The notes beneath the pieces were generated by a model. It did not search any database. It was given only the letters and a program-made list of their open reading frames with translations, and had not been told where the DNA came from. The position numbers and the translations under genes were made by a program. From Octopus sinensis (taxonomy: Eukaryota), in assembly GCF_006345805.1 (NCBI RefSeq), contig NW_021834284.1, positions 1 through 49,921 on the forward strand: DNA of 49,921 nt. Reading direction: 5' to 3'. Below, in pieces: positions 38,214 to 49,921 of the stretch (positions are counted from its first letter, which is position 1; the number at the start of each line of letters is the position of its first letter).

Positions 38214-38393
38214 GAACTGTTGCTGCTCATGTATTTTAATTTAACTTAAAAAAAACAAAACAAAAAAAAAACGAACGAACTATTGAGTTTGGTTTAATGG
38301 CCTACCAATGTATACTATGAGTTTCTTTGCCCTAGGAGTCGGGAAGACACTCGGCAAGAAATGGAAGCAAATTTGAAAGAAGAAAAAAAAAAG
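36333..38393 (+). mobile_element. R4/Dong-type element including 3' UTR and A-rich tail, flanked by (TAA)n on both sides
   Basis: (TAA)n at 36166-36332 upstream; tail gaagaaaaaaaaaag followed by taataataat downstream. Confidence 0.9.
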
Positions 38394-38543
38394 TAATAAT
38401 AATAATAATCCTTTCTACTATAGGCACAAGGTATGGATTTTTATGAGGATGGGGGACAATCGATCACGTCGACCCCAGTACTTGACTGGTACTTAATTTA
38501 TCGAACCCGAAAGGATGGAAGGCAAAGTCGACCTTGGTGTAAT

Positions 38544-38805
38544 TTGAAATCAGAACGTAACGACAGGCGAAACCGATAAGCATTTCGTCCAACGTACTAA
38601 CGATTCTGCCAGCTCGCTGCCTTAACAACAACAACAACAACAACATGAGCACTCAGAGAGCGCAAACTTCCGACTAGCCAGAGACGATTTTCAAATTGAG
38701 AATGTTTGAAATAAATTCGACTGCTCTATAAGAACTCTATTTCAAACATTCTCAATTTGAAAATCGTCTCTGGCTAGTCGGAAGTTTGCGCTCTCTGAGT
38801 GCTCA

Positions 38806-38836
<31 letters not shown>

Positions 38837-38918
38837 AAGGCAGCGAGCTGGCAGAATCGTTAGTACGTTGGACGAAATGCTTATCGGTATTTCGCCTGTC
38901 GTTACGTTCTGATTTCAA
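38544..38918. repeat. ~170-bp near-perfect fold-back inverted duplication (24-bp spacer)
   Basis: 38544-38713 is the reverse complement of 38738-38918, differing by a 2-bp indel and (AAC)n length. Confidence 0.92.
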
Positions 38919-39125
38919 CGAGAATACTAAAAACGAACCCGACCACTCTCAAAAACTTAGTAAAAAAGCAAGAAAAATAATCCAGAATCCTTATCCGGTA
39001 CCGGATCGATCCCAAAACAAATCAGTTTGTGCCAGTCACGAGACCAAAGATCACTGAAAGTTTCATCCGAATCCATCCAGCGGTTCTTGAGATATCTAGT
39101 CCACGGACAAACAAACACGACTGAA
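38643..39125 (+). mobile_element. Helentron/HINE-like non-autonomous element disrupted by the fold-back
   Basis: Start gagcactcagagagcgcaaac.tcc and end tttcatccgaatccatcc..ttcttgagatatc..acggacaaacaaac resemble, from memory, such elements in other animals. Confidence 0.4.
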
Positions 39126-39150
39126 AATAATAATAATAATAATAATAATA

Positions 39151-39181
<31 letters not shown>

Positions 39182-39199
39182 TATTATTATTATTTATTA

Positions 39200-39274
<75 letters not shown>

Positions 39275-39689
39275 TACTTCTACTCTAGGCACAAGGCCTA
39301 GAAATTTTGGTGGGAAAGAGGGTTAGTCGATTACATCGACCTCGGCGGAATGTGAACTAAAGAGCCGGAAGAAATGCTCACCTAATAATAATGCGTCATC
39401 CCTGTTACCAACTGCAGCTGTTAGCTTTTCGCTGATGGAGATGCAAAAGATAAAACCTATATGCAATCACGCACACGCACGCAGTTACGCACGCGCGTGC
39501 ACACACACACACACACACACACACATGGATACACATACCCACATCACAGGCTGTGTGGTTACGTAGCTTCGTTTGGTAACCACGTAGTTCTAGGTTTGAT
39601 TGCACTCTCCAGAAGAAGAAAAAAATGTCTAGAAGACAGTGTGGCAATATGGTCACACATTTATTCAGAGCAGTTTGATGGACTGTAAT

Positions 39690-39722
<33 letters not shown>

Positions 39723-41240
39723 ATCAAAATCATGTGATCTGGTTGTCTCAGCCCTGGAAGCAGCGGGTATTTATATCCTCGCTAGCGATATAAACAAGGG
39801 GGGATTTTGCGCCAAAAGTCAATATAAGAAGTCCTCTCATGCTAACTACTGCCATTTAGGTTGATGGATGCAGTGGAGAGGGCAGTATCCAGGCCGGTGG
39901 CTTTATTTGTTTGACGCAAGCGGAGGTATTTCTGCACTTGAGGTATGTATATGCTATGCATAGAGTCTGATGGACTGTTAGCGGATAGATTAGAAAGGGA
40001 TTTGCCAAAGGAGTGTAATGTGGAGTAGGATTGTAATGCGGGAAGTAAAGGTGGAAGCTTTCTCCATGGGATTATTGCTCACAGAACTATTGTTGTTGAG
40101 AAATGAAGGTAGATTTCTCAGCAAGGGCCAGAGGGATCAGCTGTAGCTTGGCGCAAGTGCTATATATTAAGGCATCTCTTGCAGACTTGATATTGATCTT
40201 ATTAGAATTATGCTGCTGAGTGAACGTCACCCAGTTTGGAGGCGTTGGTAAAATTCTCCGGACATTGTATAATTTTTTACAACGCAGCAATGATTAAAAT
40301 ACCAAGCAGAGATACTTGGGATATTGAATTTTTGTTGTGTGGGAAATAGGCAGGGACATACTTATAAGATGGTTTCACTCCCCCACCGCCTAGCTGTTTC
40401 TGATGTTTTGGGTGTGGGGCATGTTCCTGCTTAGGATGATGGACTCTCCAGTCGAAGAAGACGTATGAGCGCTCAGCTTTTGTCGAACGACCTGCACAAA
40501 TGATTTGTTTATAGTGATCAAATGTATGTGCTATACATTAGCTCACTCTCTCCATCAAATCAAACGTTTCCTGAACAGGTTCACTGTGTAGCATGCGTCA
40601 GGTGTCGAAGTGATCGTAGATCAACGTGAGATGAAGTGTTTTGCTCAAGAACACAACACACCACCTGGTCTAGGAATTGAAACCACGACCTCTCAATCGT
40701 GAGTGTAACAACCTTCTCACCACTAGGCTATGTATCCTCCTGTCTAGGATAATGACATCAAACTAGTAGAGGTCCTTCCAATCGACTGAGTCAAAGTGCC
40801 ACAGGGCTCAGAAAGAGGCTGGGGTTTGTCGTATATGATTGTGGTAGACAGTTTGAGATGAGGTCAGAAGTTCGATTTTGAGGTGAGAAAGAAATTGAGA
40901 TGTCAATGTGTGTCGACACGTGTAGGTCATTATGGTATGCTGTAAATAACTATAAAATAAATTTTGTCGATGGACAAGTCTCCATACTCTTTATTATAAT
41001 CAAGATTTATATATATATACTCTAGACAATTTTTACCGTCCAGCAAAGTGTACACAGAATTACCCATCGGAATAATTCACGGAGTGACTAACAACTAATT
41101 GTAGACACAGACGTTAGATACTGATCGTTGTGGTTAGCCGTCAACTGGAACTCAACTGAGAGCTAATACGGTATCCGCCCGGATAAAATACATCTCTCCA
41201 AGCTCTCTCACACACACACACATACACACATATATATATA

Positions 41241-42520
41241 CACTGCGTCCCACATTATTAGACAAATCAACCTGCCCTCAATAAATAAATGTATATTCGT
41301 TCAAAACCAGTTGCTTTCCCACTGACTGTTGGTAACACAAATCTGCACATTTTCTGTTAAAATAAATCGGATCTGCGCAGACAAAAACAATCTTCAGCCA
41401 TTATCGTGTAGCAGCAACATTTCTGCTATCCCAAATTATTAGGCAGGTGCCCAATTTAAGTGTCATTATGGGTCAGAAACGTGATCTTACCTCGAATGAG
41501 AAGTCTACCATCGTGTCAGAGCTTGGAAAATAAAAAAACAGCCATAGAAATATCCAAAATACTGGGAAGGGATCACCGAACAGTGAAGACATTTTTACAG
41601 TCTCCTATTCCTGTCCGGTCGAGGGCAGATAAGGGCGAGTCGAAGGTATTTTGTCACGTGTGAAAAGCGAAGTTGTGCGGCACCCATATCTGACAAGTAG
41701 AGAAATCTTCAAACGTTGTGGTAGGGAAGAGGTATCGAAAACTACCAGGCGTCGCCTCTTGAAGCAGGTAGCCAGGAATGTTAAATCTGTTACAAGGCCC
41801 CCTCTGAAGGCTGTTCCTAAACAGAAGAGACTGAAATGAGCAAAAGAATATATGAAGATAGATTTTTCAACAGTTCTATTCACTGATGAATGCTACCTTT
41901 AACGGACCTAATAGCTGGAGTAAAGGTCGGGTATCAATCAGCGGGAAATGTCCTCATCGTTTGAGTCGCCAAGAGGGGGGAAGTGGGGTCACATTTTGGG
42001 CTGGCGTCGTTGGTAGTATGATGGTGGGCCATGGAAAGTCCCAGATGGTATTAAGATGACATGGAAAACATATGTTACCTTCAGGAATGACAATTTCCAA
42101 CCGTCATTCAAGAGAAGGCTGGTCTTTTTGCAAGATAATGCCCCGTCTCATGCAGAGAAGAATTCTAAGGAATACCTGCAGCAAATATACTTCACTGGAG
42201 GCCGTTTGATGGAGTGGCCACCTTGTTTTCCTGACTTAAACCTGTGGAGTATCCTGAAGAGTCGCGTTTCCCAAGATGGACGGCAGTTTTCAAGTAAAGT
42301 TGCCCTCTGGGATGCTATCGTAGACGCTGCTGAAAGCATGACACAAGAGGATATCATTACCTTGACAAATTCAATGGATCAGTGCATAAGGAACGTTATT
42401 GCATGTAGAGGATCATACGTCAAACATTAAGAGCTGTATTATTTCCCATGATTATTTTCATTCGAACGTGTTAATATGTTTACCATTAAGTTCTTTATGA
42501 ATATTTTTTTGTTAAACCTT
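41241..42520 (+). mobile_element. Tc1-like DNA transposon relic (transposase pseudogene)
   Basis: TA|CACTGCGTCCCACATTATTAG left end, repeated internally at ~41429. HTH-like EISKILGRDHRTVK, VLFTDEC, FLQDNAPSH, WPPCFPDLN(..)LWSILK. Frameshifts; right TIR not seen. Confidence 0.85.
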
Positions 42521-42548
42521 TACTGTTGAATTACAAAAATGTTTGTTC

Positions 42549-42623
<75 letters not shown>

Positions 42624-42882
42624 CAGCAGCAGTAGCAGCAGCAGCAACAGCAACAAGAAAGGCGTGTGGTTCAGTGGTTAGGGTGCTGGACTCATGATCG
42701 CAAGGTTGTGGTTTCAATTCCTGGACCGGGCGATGTATTATGTTCTTGAGCAAAACACTTCATTTCATGTTGCCCCAGTCCAGTCAGTTGGCAAATGTGA
42801 GTAATCCTGAAAACGCTAGGAATCTTTCAAACATTGGATCGCAGGGTGAAGTCATCGTTGAATCCTGTATCTTCATTTAGAG

Positions 42883-43142
42883 TAGTGGTTCTCGACCACT
42901 TTCTTTTGTAGCTATGGACACCTTTGAGTCCTATTTTATTCGGATGGATCCTCCTAGCCATTCGATGTTTAAAAATATCCTATTTATATTTTGTAATTAA
43001 ATATTATTAGGAATTGTATTAAAAAAATGTTAAAATATTATGTGAATTGTAGAAGTATAACTAATTTATTGCTGATAAATTTTAGCAACAAAGTCTTATA
43101 TGGACCCCAAGGGCCATATGGACTTCGGCTGAAAAGCTTTGG
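42883..43142. mobile_element. hAT/Charlie-like MITE (degenerate)
   Basis: tagtggttctcgaccac left end and ggctgaaaagctttg right end resemble CAGTGGTTCTCAACC TIRs; repeated atggac.cc subterminal motifs. Confidence 0.45.
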
Positions 43143-43979
43143 TTTAATGAATCTAGGGCCGAGATAGCGAATCTGTGACGTGTTTCTGTAATGATATACT
43201 TCGATTTTTCAGACGACGTGTAATGGACTTTGAAAGCAACCCTCCCTCTACAATACCATGTTATGAAAAGCTCGCTAAATGAATTTTAAATGCTTAAAAA
43301 TTTTAAATGTTTAAAAATTGTAATTTTCCGACAATATCTAATGATCATTAGCTTATATATTGGTTTCGAATTTTGGCGCAAGGCCAGCAATTTTAGGGGA
43401 GTGGCTAAGTCGATTACATCGATCCCAGTGTTCGACTAGTACTTATTTTATCGACCCCGAAAAGGAGGAAAGGCAAAGTCGACCTCGGAGGAATGTGAAT
43501 TCAGGACGTAAAGACGGACGACATGCTGCTAAGCATTTTGTTCGGCGTGCTAACGATTCTGCCAGTTCGCCGCTTTATCATTACTTTATATATTGCAACA
43601 ACAATTTGCGAATTCATAACTACTCATTGGACACTCGCTCATCCTGGCACAGTACCAAAAATGCTTGATTTTAACTCCCCTCCACCACCACCATGCCCAA
43701 TTCTCTCATAAGAATAATCGGAACATTCTCGAACTCTCTCTCTCTCCCCTTCCGTGAATGGATTGAAGATGAACGTGAACTGTATCAGCCTTGACTGAAC
43801 TAAACGAGATTGACTGGTGGGTAATATTCGGTATGGATCAACACGTTAAAATAAGGGCATAAAATCTACACCATCGTCATACATATGTGCACAAACATGA
43901 ATACATATACATATACTTAAACTTACACACATGCATATATACACTCACATATATACACCTGTGTATATGTATTCTTTTC

Positions 43980-44540
43980 TACTCTAGGCACAAGGCCCGA
44001 AATTTTGGGGGAGGGGGCCAGTCGATTAGATCGACCCCAGTACGTAACTGTTACTTAATTTATCGATCATAAAAGGATGAAAGGCAAAGTCGACTTCGGC
44101 GGAATTTGAACTCAGAACATAAGGACAGAAGAAATACCTATTTCTTTACTACCCACAAGGGGCTAAACACAGAGAGGACAAACGGATTAAGTCGATTATA
44201 TCGACCCCAGTGTGCAACTGGTACTTATCTAATCGACCCTGAAAGGATGAAAGGCAAAGTCGACCTCGGCGGAATTTGAACTCAGAACATAAAGACAGAC
44301 GAAATACCTCTTTCTTTACTACCCACAAGGGGCTAAACACAGAGAGGACAAACAAGGACAGACAAACGGATTAAGTCGATTATATCGACCCCAGTGCATA
44401 TCTGGTACTTATTTAATCGACCCGAGAGGATGAAAGGCCAAGTCGACCTCGGCGGAATTTGAACCCAGAACGTACCGGCAGACGAAATACTGCTAAGCAT
44501 TTCGCCCGGCGTGCTAGCGTTTCTGCCAGTTCGCCGCTTT
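43980..44540 (-). mobile_element. SINE family B with a triplicated internal module
   Basis: aggatgaaaggc.aagtcgac occurs at ~44074, ~44244 and ~44427. Confidence 0.85.
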
Positions 44541-44584
44541 CCTGTGCATATGATTTCTCTTTATATACGATATGCAACAACACT

Positions 44585-44792
44585 TCGTTGTTGTTTGTTT
44601 CTTCTCGAGCCATGCCTGGCTCATAAGGGCCGGTTTCCCGGTTTCATTGGCGTATGGGTTTCCCACCTGGACGGGACGACGGTCTGTCGCAGGTGAGCTG
44701 CTAGATGCAGAAGGAAAGAGTTAGAGAAAGTTATGGCAAAAGAGTCAGCAGAAGTTCGCCATTACCTTCTGACGGAGCCGCGTAGAGCTTAC
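44585..44792 (-). mobile_element. SINE-like fragment sharing a domain with family D
   Basis: cagaaggaaagagttagagaaagttatggc matches the reverse complement of 47919-47949. Confidence 0.5.
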
Positions 44793-45396
44793 GACTTTCT
44801 AATCACAAGTCCGTTAAACTGGCGCTGTGACCTCTCAATGCGGAGAAGTAGCCGCTCGACCTGGGGAGACTCTTAGCTACGCACAACTGTCGAGTAACGT
44901 TACATCAGAGATATATTGGAGGAACCGCATCCCGGTCGCCTGTATTCGCGATTCTACAATTTGAATAATTACTCAACATTCATGAACATAAGCTGAGTTC
45001 GGACACGTAAACTGAATTGAAGATCGCAAGTTTGACTGGTTTTTTTTTATGAATCTCTCCTCTTCTGAGGACTGAATGCTGAAGCTGAGCCCGCACCAAC
45101 AATTCTAGCAACCAATTTAGTCTTCTGCTTCTTATCACTCATGAATACAGTTCCGAGATGCTTCTCACTTCTATCGTTATGATCGGTATTACGATACGGA
45201 AAATCGACCTTTCGACTGATAACTCAAAAAATTTCTACTCACCTCTCAGTGACATCGTGTTAAAGTGTACTTTAATAATTATGTGTACGACCATATAGCA
45301 ACAAAGCGGACACAAACATATGCGTATAACACAACACACACATGTGCATATATATATATAGATAGATATACATACATATACATACATATACATACA

Positions 45397-45427
<31 letters not shown>

Positions 45428-45486
45428 CATACATACTACATACATGCATACATACAACATACATATATATATATCTATATATATAT

Positions 45487-45525
<39 letters not shown>

Positions 45526-45699
45526 CAAATATATATATATGTAGTTGAAATTTACAGAAAAGCAAAAGACGAAGACAGGAGTACGAACATGATGGTGTAT
45601 TAGTTTGACACTCGGTGCGGTGGATAAATTGTAGCCATTTTATATTTTTAATTTCGGGCATGCGCGTTGTTTGTTTTTCATTTTGTCGGTTACACGGTA

Positions 45700-46436
45700 T
45701 AATAGGGTCAGTTGAGCCCTATCTGTGAGAAAGACAACACTATGACGCAATTCACTCAGCTAGAAATTTGGAAACGACATGCTATATTGCTTGGCAATAC
45801 GAATATTTCAGAGTGTTTCAGTGTCAATCTGAGTATATGTACCGAGAGTGATAAAAATCAAACATCCAGTCAATATCATGGTTCTTTAGAGTGATCACTA
45901 GTGATGGCGACGTTATGCCTCTTTTCAGCCTCAGACTCAACACGGAGGCCTACGTCAAGTTCTTGGAGGAGGTAGGGCTGTCTTGGGTCAAGAGGTTGGC
46001 TTCTGGAAGACCCTATGTCTGGCAACAACTCTGCACCATGCCACGCAAGCAGGAGAACCAAGTCATGGCTGTCAAACGATTTCTGTGACCACATCACCCC
46101 TAACATCTGGCCACCTAACTCCCTAGACTGCAACCCCCTTCATTATTATGTGTGGTATGCAGTTGAGTGAGAGACCATCAAAACTCCTTGTAACACCAAA
46201 GATTAAGCAGCATTCACCAACTTAAATAAGGAGACCGCCCAAAAGAGTTGCAGGAGATTCCGAAGTCATCTGAAGGCCGTGGTTCAAGCCAGTGGTGATT
46301 TTATTGAATAAATTTACTTTTTAGTATTTCAAGATATTCTTATGTAATTTTGGTAAATATATCTGCTAAAATGAGATGTCAGTGTTATTTTCATTTGTGC
46401 GTGATTTTGACAACAGTTTATTCGCCGCTCGCTGTA
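45700..46436 (+). mobile_element. IS630-Tc1-mariner (maT/DD37D-like) transposase relic
   Basis: ITSDGDVMP..RLNTEAYVKFLE..GRPYVWQQ..APCH, then DHITPNIWPPNSLDCNPLHYYVW; ends ...ccgctcgctg|TA. Confidence 0.75.
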
Positions 46437-46450
46437 TGAATGTGTGTGTG

Positions 46451-46491
<41 letters not shown>

Positions 46492-46532
46492 CATACAAAA
46501 ACATACATACATACATACACAAGTACATACAT

Positions 46533-46606
<74 letters not shown>

Positions 46607-46811
46607 GTAGAAAAATGTTTTGAAAAAAAATATAATATAAAATACACGTGGAAATGTAAGGTTAAAATATAAAAAATCAACGAAAATGCATATTGTAGAT
46701 ATAAAAAGGCTATTTATGACAGGTAGTGACAAATATAGTCATTTAGAGTGTTACTAGTCAAAAAGGTCATTATTACTGATGATTATAAGAAGTTAATAAT
46801 AATAATAATAA

Positions 46812-47560
46812 GGTAAGAGACTGAAACGGAACCAATTGGTTTTCGCGTTAGCTATTCATCGTTTGAACAACACCGGTTAGTAAAAGGTGTCAGGTCTAAT
46901 AGTTCCTGAGAAAAGAGATTATTTGTAAGGAGGTAAGTAGTAGTTCTGGATTATATGTATAAGGGAGGTAAGTAGTTCAGGAATTAGAAATGTGTGATGA
47001 TGTAGAAAGTGTATAGGGTTTAGTGGTTTAAATTGAAGAGTTAGTGGTGTTCTGTATTGAGTTGAGTGTTCACGTTTAGTTGGGGGAGAGAAATTTGTTG
47101 ATGAAAATGACTCTTTATTCAACCTTTGTTGCTTGTGGTGTTCTGTGAGCATTGGTAAAAGGGAAATATTTGGAATTGGGATTAAGATTCCTGGCACATC
47201 TTTCTATGTGTTCACTCACCTTTAACTGTCTGTATTGTGGGTGGCGGATTTGCTCTTTGTGAATGGTGATTCTTTGACGGAGCGAAATTCCTGTTTGTCC
47301 AATATAGAATTTACCGCATCCTATGCATGTCATGACATAGATTACTTTTATCGAGGCGCAGGTGAAATTTGATTTGATCTTAAATATTTCTCCTTGTTTG
47401 AATTGGAATTCTGAACCCTCCAGAAGGTGCGGGCATGTTCCACAGTTGGAACGTCCACATTTTGTCACTTTTGGCTCAGTAGTTAGTGGGTAAAGTCTAG
47501 CACTGGTTAGTATTCTTTCAGTGACTTCGGTTGCTTTTTGCTTTTTATAATTTTATAATT
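46812..47560 (-). mobile_element. Penelope-like element 3' fragment (GIY-YIG endonuclease pseudogene plus pLTR remnant)
   Basis: KCGRSNCGTCPH...NFTCASIKVIYVMTCIGCGKFYIGQTGISLRQRITIH...VSEH, preceded by KSKKQPKSLKRILTSA. Confidence 0.88.
46824..46864 (-). ncRNA. Degenerate type I hammerhead 3' of the Penelope fragment
   Basis: Minus strand reads AAACG ATGA ATAGCTAACGC GAA AACCAATTGGTT C CGTTT: stems I and III intact, CTG of the core missing, stem II poor. Confidence 0.5.
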
Positions 47561-47585
47561 TTATATGAGCTTAATTTTATATGAG

Positions 47586-47656
<71 letters not shown>

Positions 47657-47771
47657 GGAGAGAGAGAGAGAACGGTGAATAAACTGTCGTTTAAATCACG
47701 CACAAATGAAGATAACACTCACATCTCATTTTAACAGATATATTTACCAAAATTACATAAAATTATATATT

Positions 47772-48129
47772 TGTGGAGGCGCAATGGCCCATTAGTTAGG
47801 GCAGCAGACACGCGGTTGTACGATCGCAGTTTCGATTCTCACACCGAGTGTTGTGAGTGTTTATTGAGCGAAAACACCCCACGAGCATGGAATGTTGGAG
47901 AACCCTGCTGTACTATTTCACCACAACTCTCTCTCACTCTTTCTACCTGTTTCTGTTGTACTTGTATTTCAAAGAGCCAGCCTTATCAGACTCTGTGTCA
48001 CGCTGAATCTCCCCGAGAACTATACGTGTCTGTGGAGTGCTCAGCCACTTGCACGTTAATTTCACGTGCAGGCTGCTCCGTTGATCGGATCAACTGGAAC
48101 CCTCGTCGTCGTAACCGACGGAGTGCCAC
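47772..48129 (+). mobile_element. tRNA-derived SINE family D
   Basis: ggaggcgcaatggccca..gttagggcagc A-box region, gtttcgattctc B box, and tail ..ggaaccctcgtcgtcgtaaccgacggagtgcc. Confidence 0.75.
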
Positions 48130-48735
48130 ATTATATACAAATATATATGTGTGTGCGCGCGCGTCCATGTGTGCGTGCTTGTTTGTTTGTGCGTGCGTGC
48201 GTGTGTGCGCGACCGTATAATTATACACATCGCAAAGCAATTATTGTCATGCATACACTATACAATCAATACACAGATATCTAAGTTAATATTCATGATA
48301 GATCGACATCGACTATGACAAACATCCACATATACATCACCACCACTACTACAACTACACATACGCGCAGACTCATACACACGTGGAATGCACTATAAAA
48401 AAGAATACATTCATACACACACACACACTAGCACACATTCTTCCATAAACAGGAAACTTGCGAACACACACACACACACATTACATATACTTATGTATAT
48501 ATATTTATATGTATGTATATACCTACATACAAACATACATACATATGTATGTATGTTATGTATGTATGTATGTATGTATGTATGTATGTATGTAGTGTAT
48601 GTATGTATTATGTATATATAATATATTATATATATATAATATATATATATATTATATATAATATATATACTGCCAGGTTGTGCTATTAAGTTAGACATGG
48701 CCAAAACCTTTCTAAGTTATTCTAAGTTATATATA

Positions 48736-48824
<89 letters not shown>

Positions 48825-48899
48825 AGGGAGGATACGTCCAAACTTAGAGGGAAAAATTCGATTTAGTATTATTAAATCAAATTTCACAGTATACTACAT

Positions 48900-49150
48900 A
48901 AAATATGAATTAGAGATAAAAACCACTATTATGCAACTCAAACAGTGATAGACATAAACCAATACATAAATAACAAATAATATAAATATATTAATATAAT
49001 ATATAATATATATTATAAATTTATATATAATATATATTTTTTCTTTTTCAAAAAGTATAAAAAGAATGATAAATATAATATAGTAAGTATTGGTTTATGT
49101 CTATCACTGTTTGAGTACATAATAGCGGCTTTATCTCCAATTCATATTTT
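48900..49150. repeat. Imperfect ~65-bp inverted repeat around an AT-rich spacer
   Basis: aaaatatgaattagagataaa..ctcaaacagtgatagacataaaccaatac (48900-48965) versus gtattggtttatgtctatcactgtttgag..tttatctccaattcatatttt (49087-49150). Confidence 0.8.
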
Positions 49151-49375
49151 ATATATCTATATATAGTATATATAATATATACACATATATATATATACAC
49201 AACCACAGATATATATATATACACACACACTATATATATAATATATATAATATATATATATATATATAATTATATATATATATTATATATATATCTATAT
49301 ATATATATATAGATAAATTTCCTCTATTTACATAATATTGAGGTCTCTTTCTTTCTTTTGTTATCTTACCGTTTT

Positions 49376-49414
<39 letters not shown>

Positions 49415-49685
49415 ATATATATATGTATGGTATGTATGTATATATATATATATATGTATATATATACATACATATATAAACAATAAATGAATAGCGAAAT
49501 AAATTGACAACCTAACAGTTTATTCCTATGATTGTATTTCTCTATTAATTTATCGTTCGTATTTTGTCATTCATACCCCCTATTTCTGTGGTATTCAAAA
49601 TGAATACTAGTGAATTGGATGTTTTACACACCATTGAAGGAATTTTTTCCTTCATTTGCTACTACATTATTTATATATATAGATA

Positions 49686-49730
<45 letters not shown>

Positions 49731-49921
49731 GATGTGTGTGTGTGTGGTAATATGATATAATAAATGTGAAAAGCCATTTCAGTGGCAGTGTATCACACTT
49801 TGACCCCTTTCTCACTATTCGGTGACACTTCCACTGATGATGATGATGTTTGATTAAAAGTAGTAGTGTTGATGGTGGCAGTGGGAGTATAATAAGACAG
49901 AGAGAAAGAGTAGTAGTACCA

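Noticed and set aside
44795-45270. Possible solo LTR; likewise unassigned stretches at 1690-2120, 19870-20250 and 39730-40440
   Set aside because: No termini, TSD or protein motifs that I could verify by eye.
26855-47850. tRNA genes at SINE heads (e.g. ~27110-27185, 42660-42730, 47775-47845)
   Set aside because: A/B boxes are present, but they continue into SINE bodies and lack a clean cloverleaf.
123-49815. Dozens of short ORFs rich in YI, HT, CV, MYVC, poly-I/N/D/H
   Set aside because: They are translations of microsatellites or SINEs, with no domain or splice evidence.

Overview
This is an AT-rich, microsatellite-saturated eukaryotic intergenic or intronic window. Its SINE content strongly suggests an octopus (coleoid cephalopod) genome; this is an inference. 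No confident host protein-coding exon is present, and almost all short ORFs in the track are translated microsatellites. Recognisable content: (1) many tRNA-derived SINE copies from at least 4 families; (2) two adjacent 5'-truncated R4/Dong-type RLE non-LTR retrotransposons in TAA microsatellite tracts, one with an uninterrupted ~627-codon frame; (3) a decayed L1/Tx1 element, and HERO-like, CR1-like and RTE-like fragments; (4) a Penelope GIY-YIG fragment; (5) Tc1 and maT/DD37D-like transposase relics, a non-autonomous Helitron and several MITEs. The most interesting signal is non-coding. At least six different type I hammerhead ribozyme (HHR) folds occur, at 5353, 10986/11856, 12230, 21979, 31758/31830 and 46824. 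Several sit in ~0.35-0.5 kb tandem or inverted repeat units, which is the architecture of Penelope pLTRs and non-LTR retrozymes. Some carry non-canonical cores.
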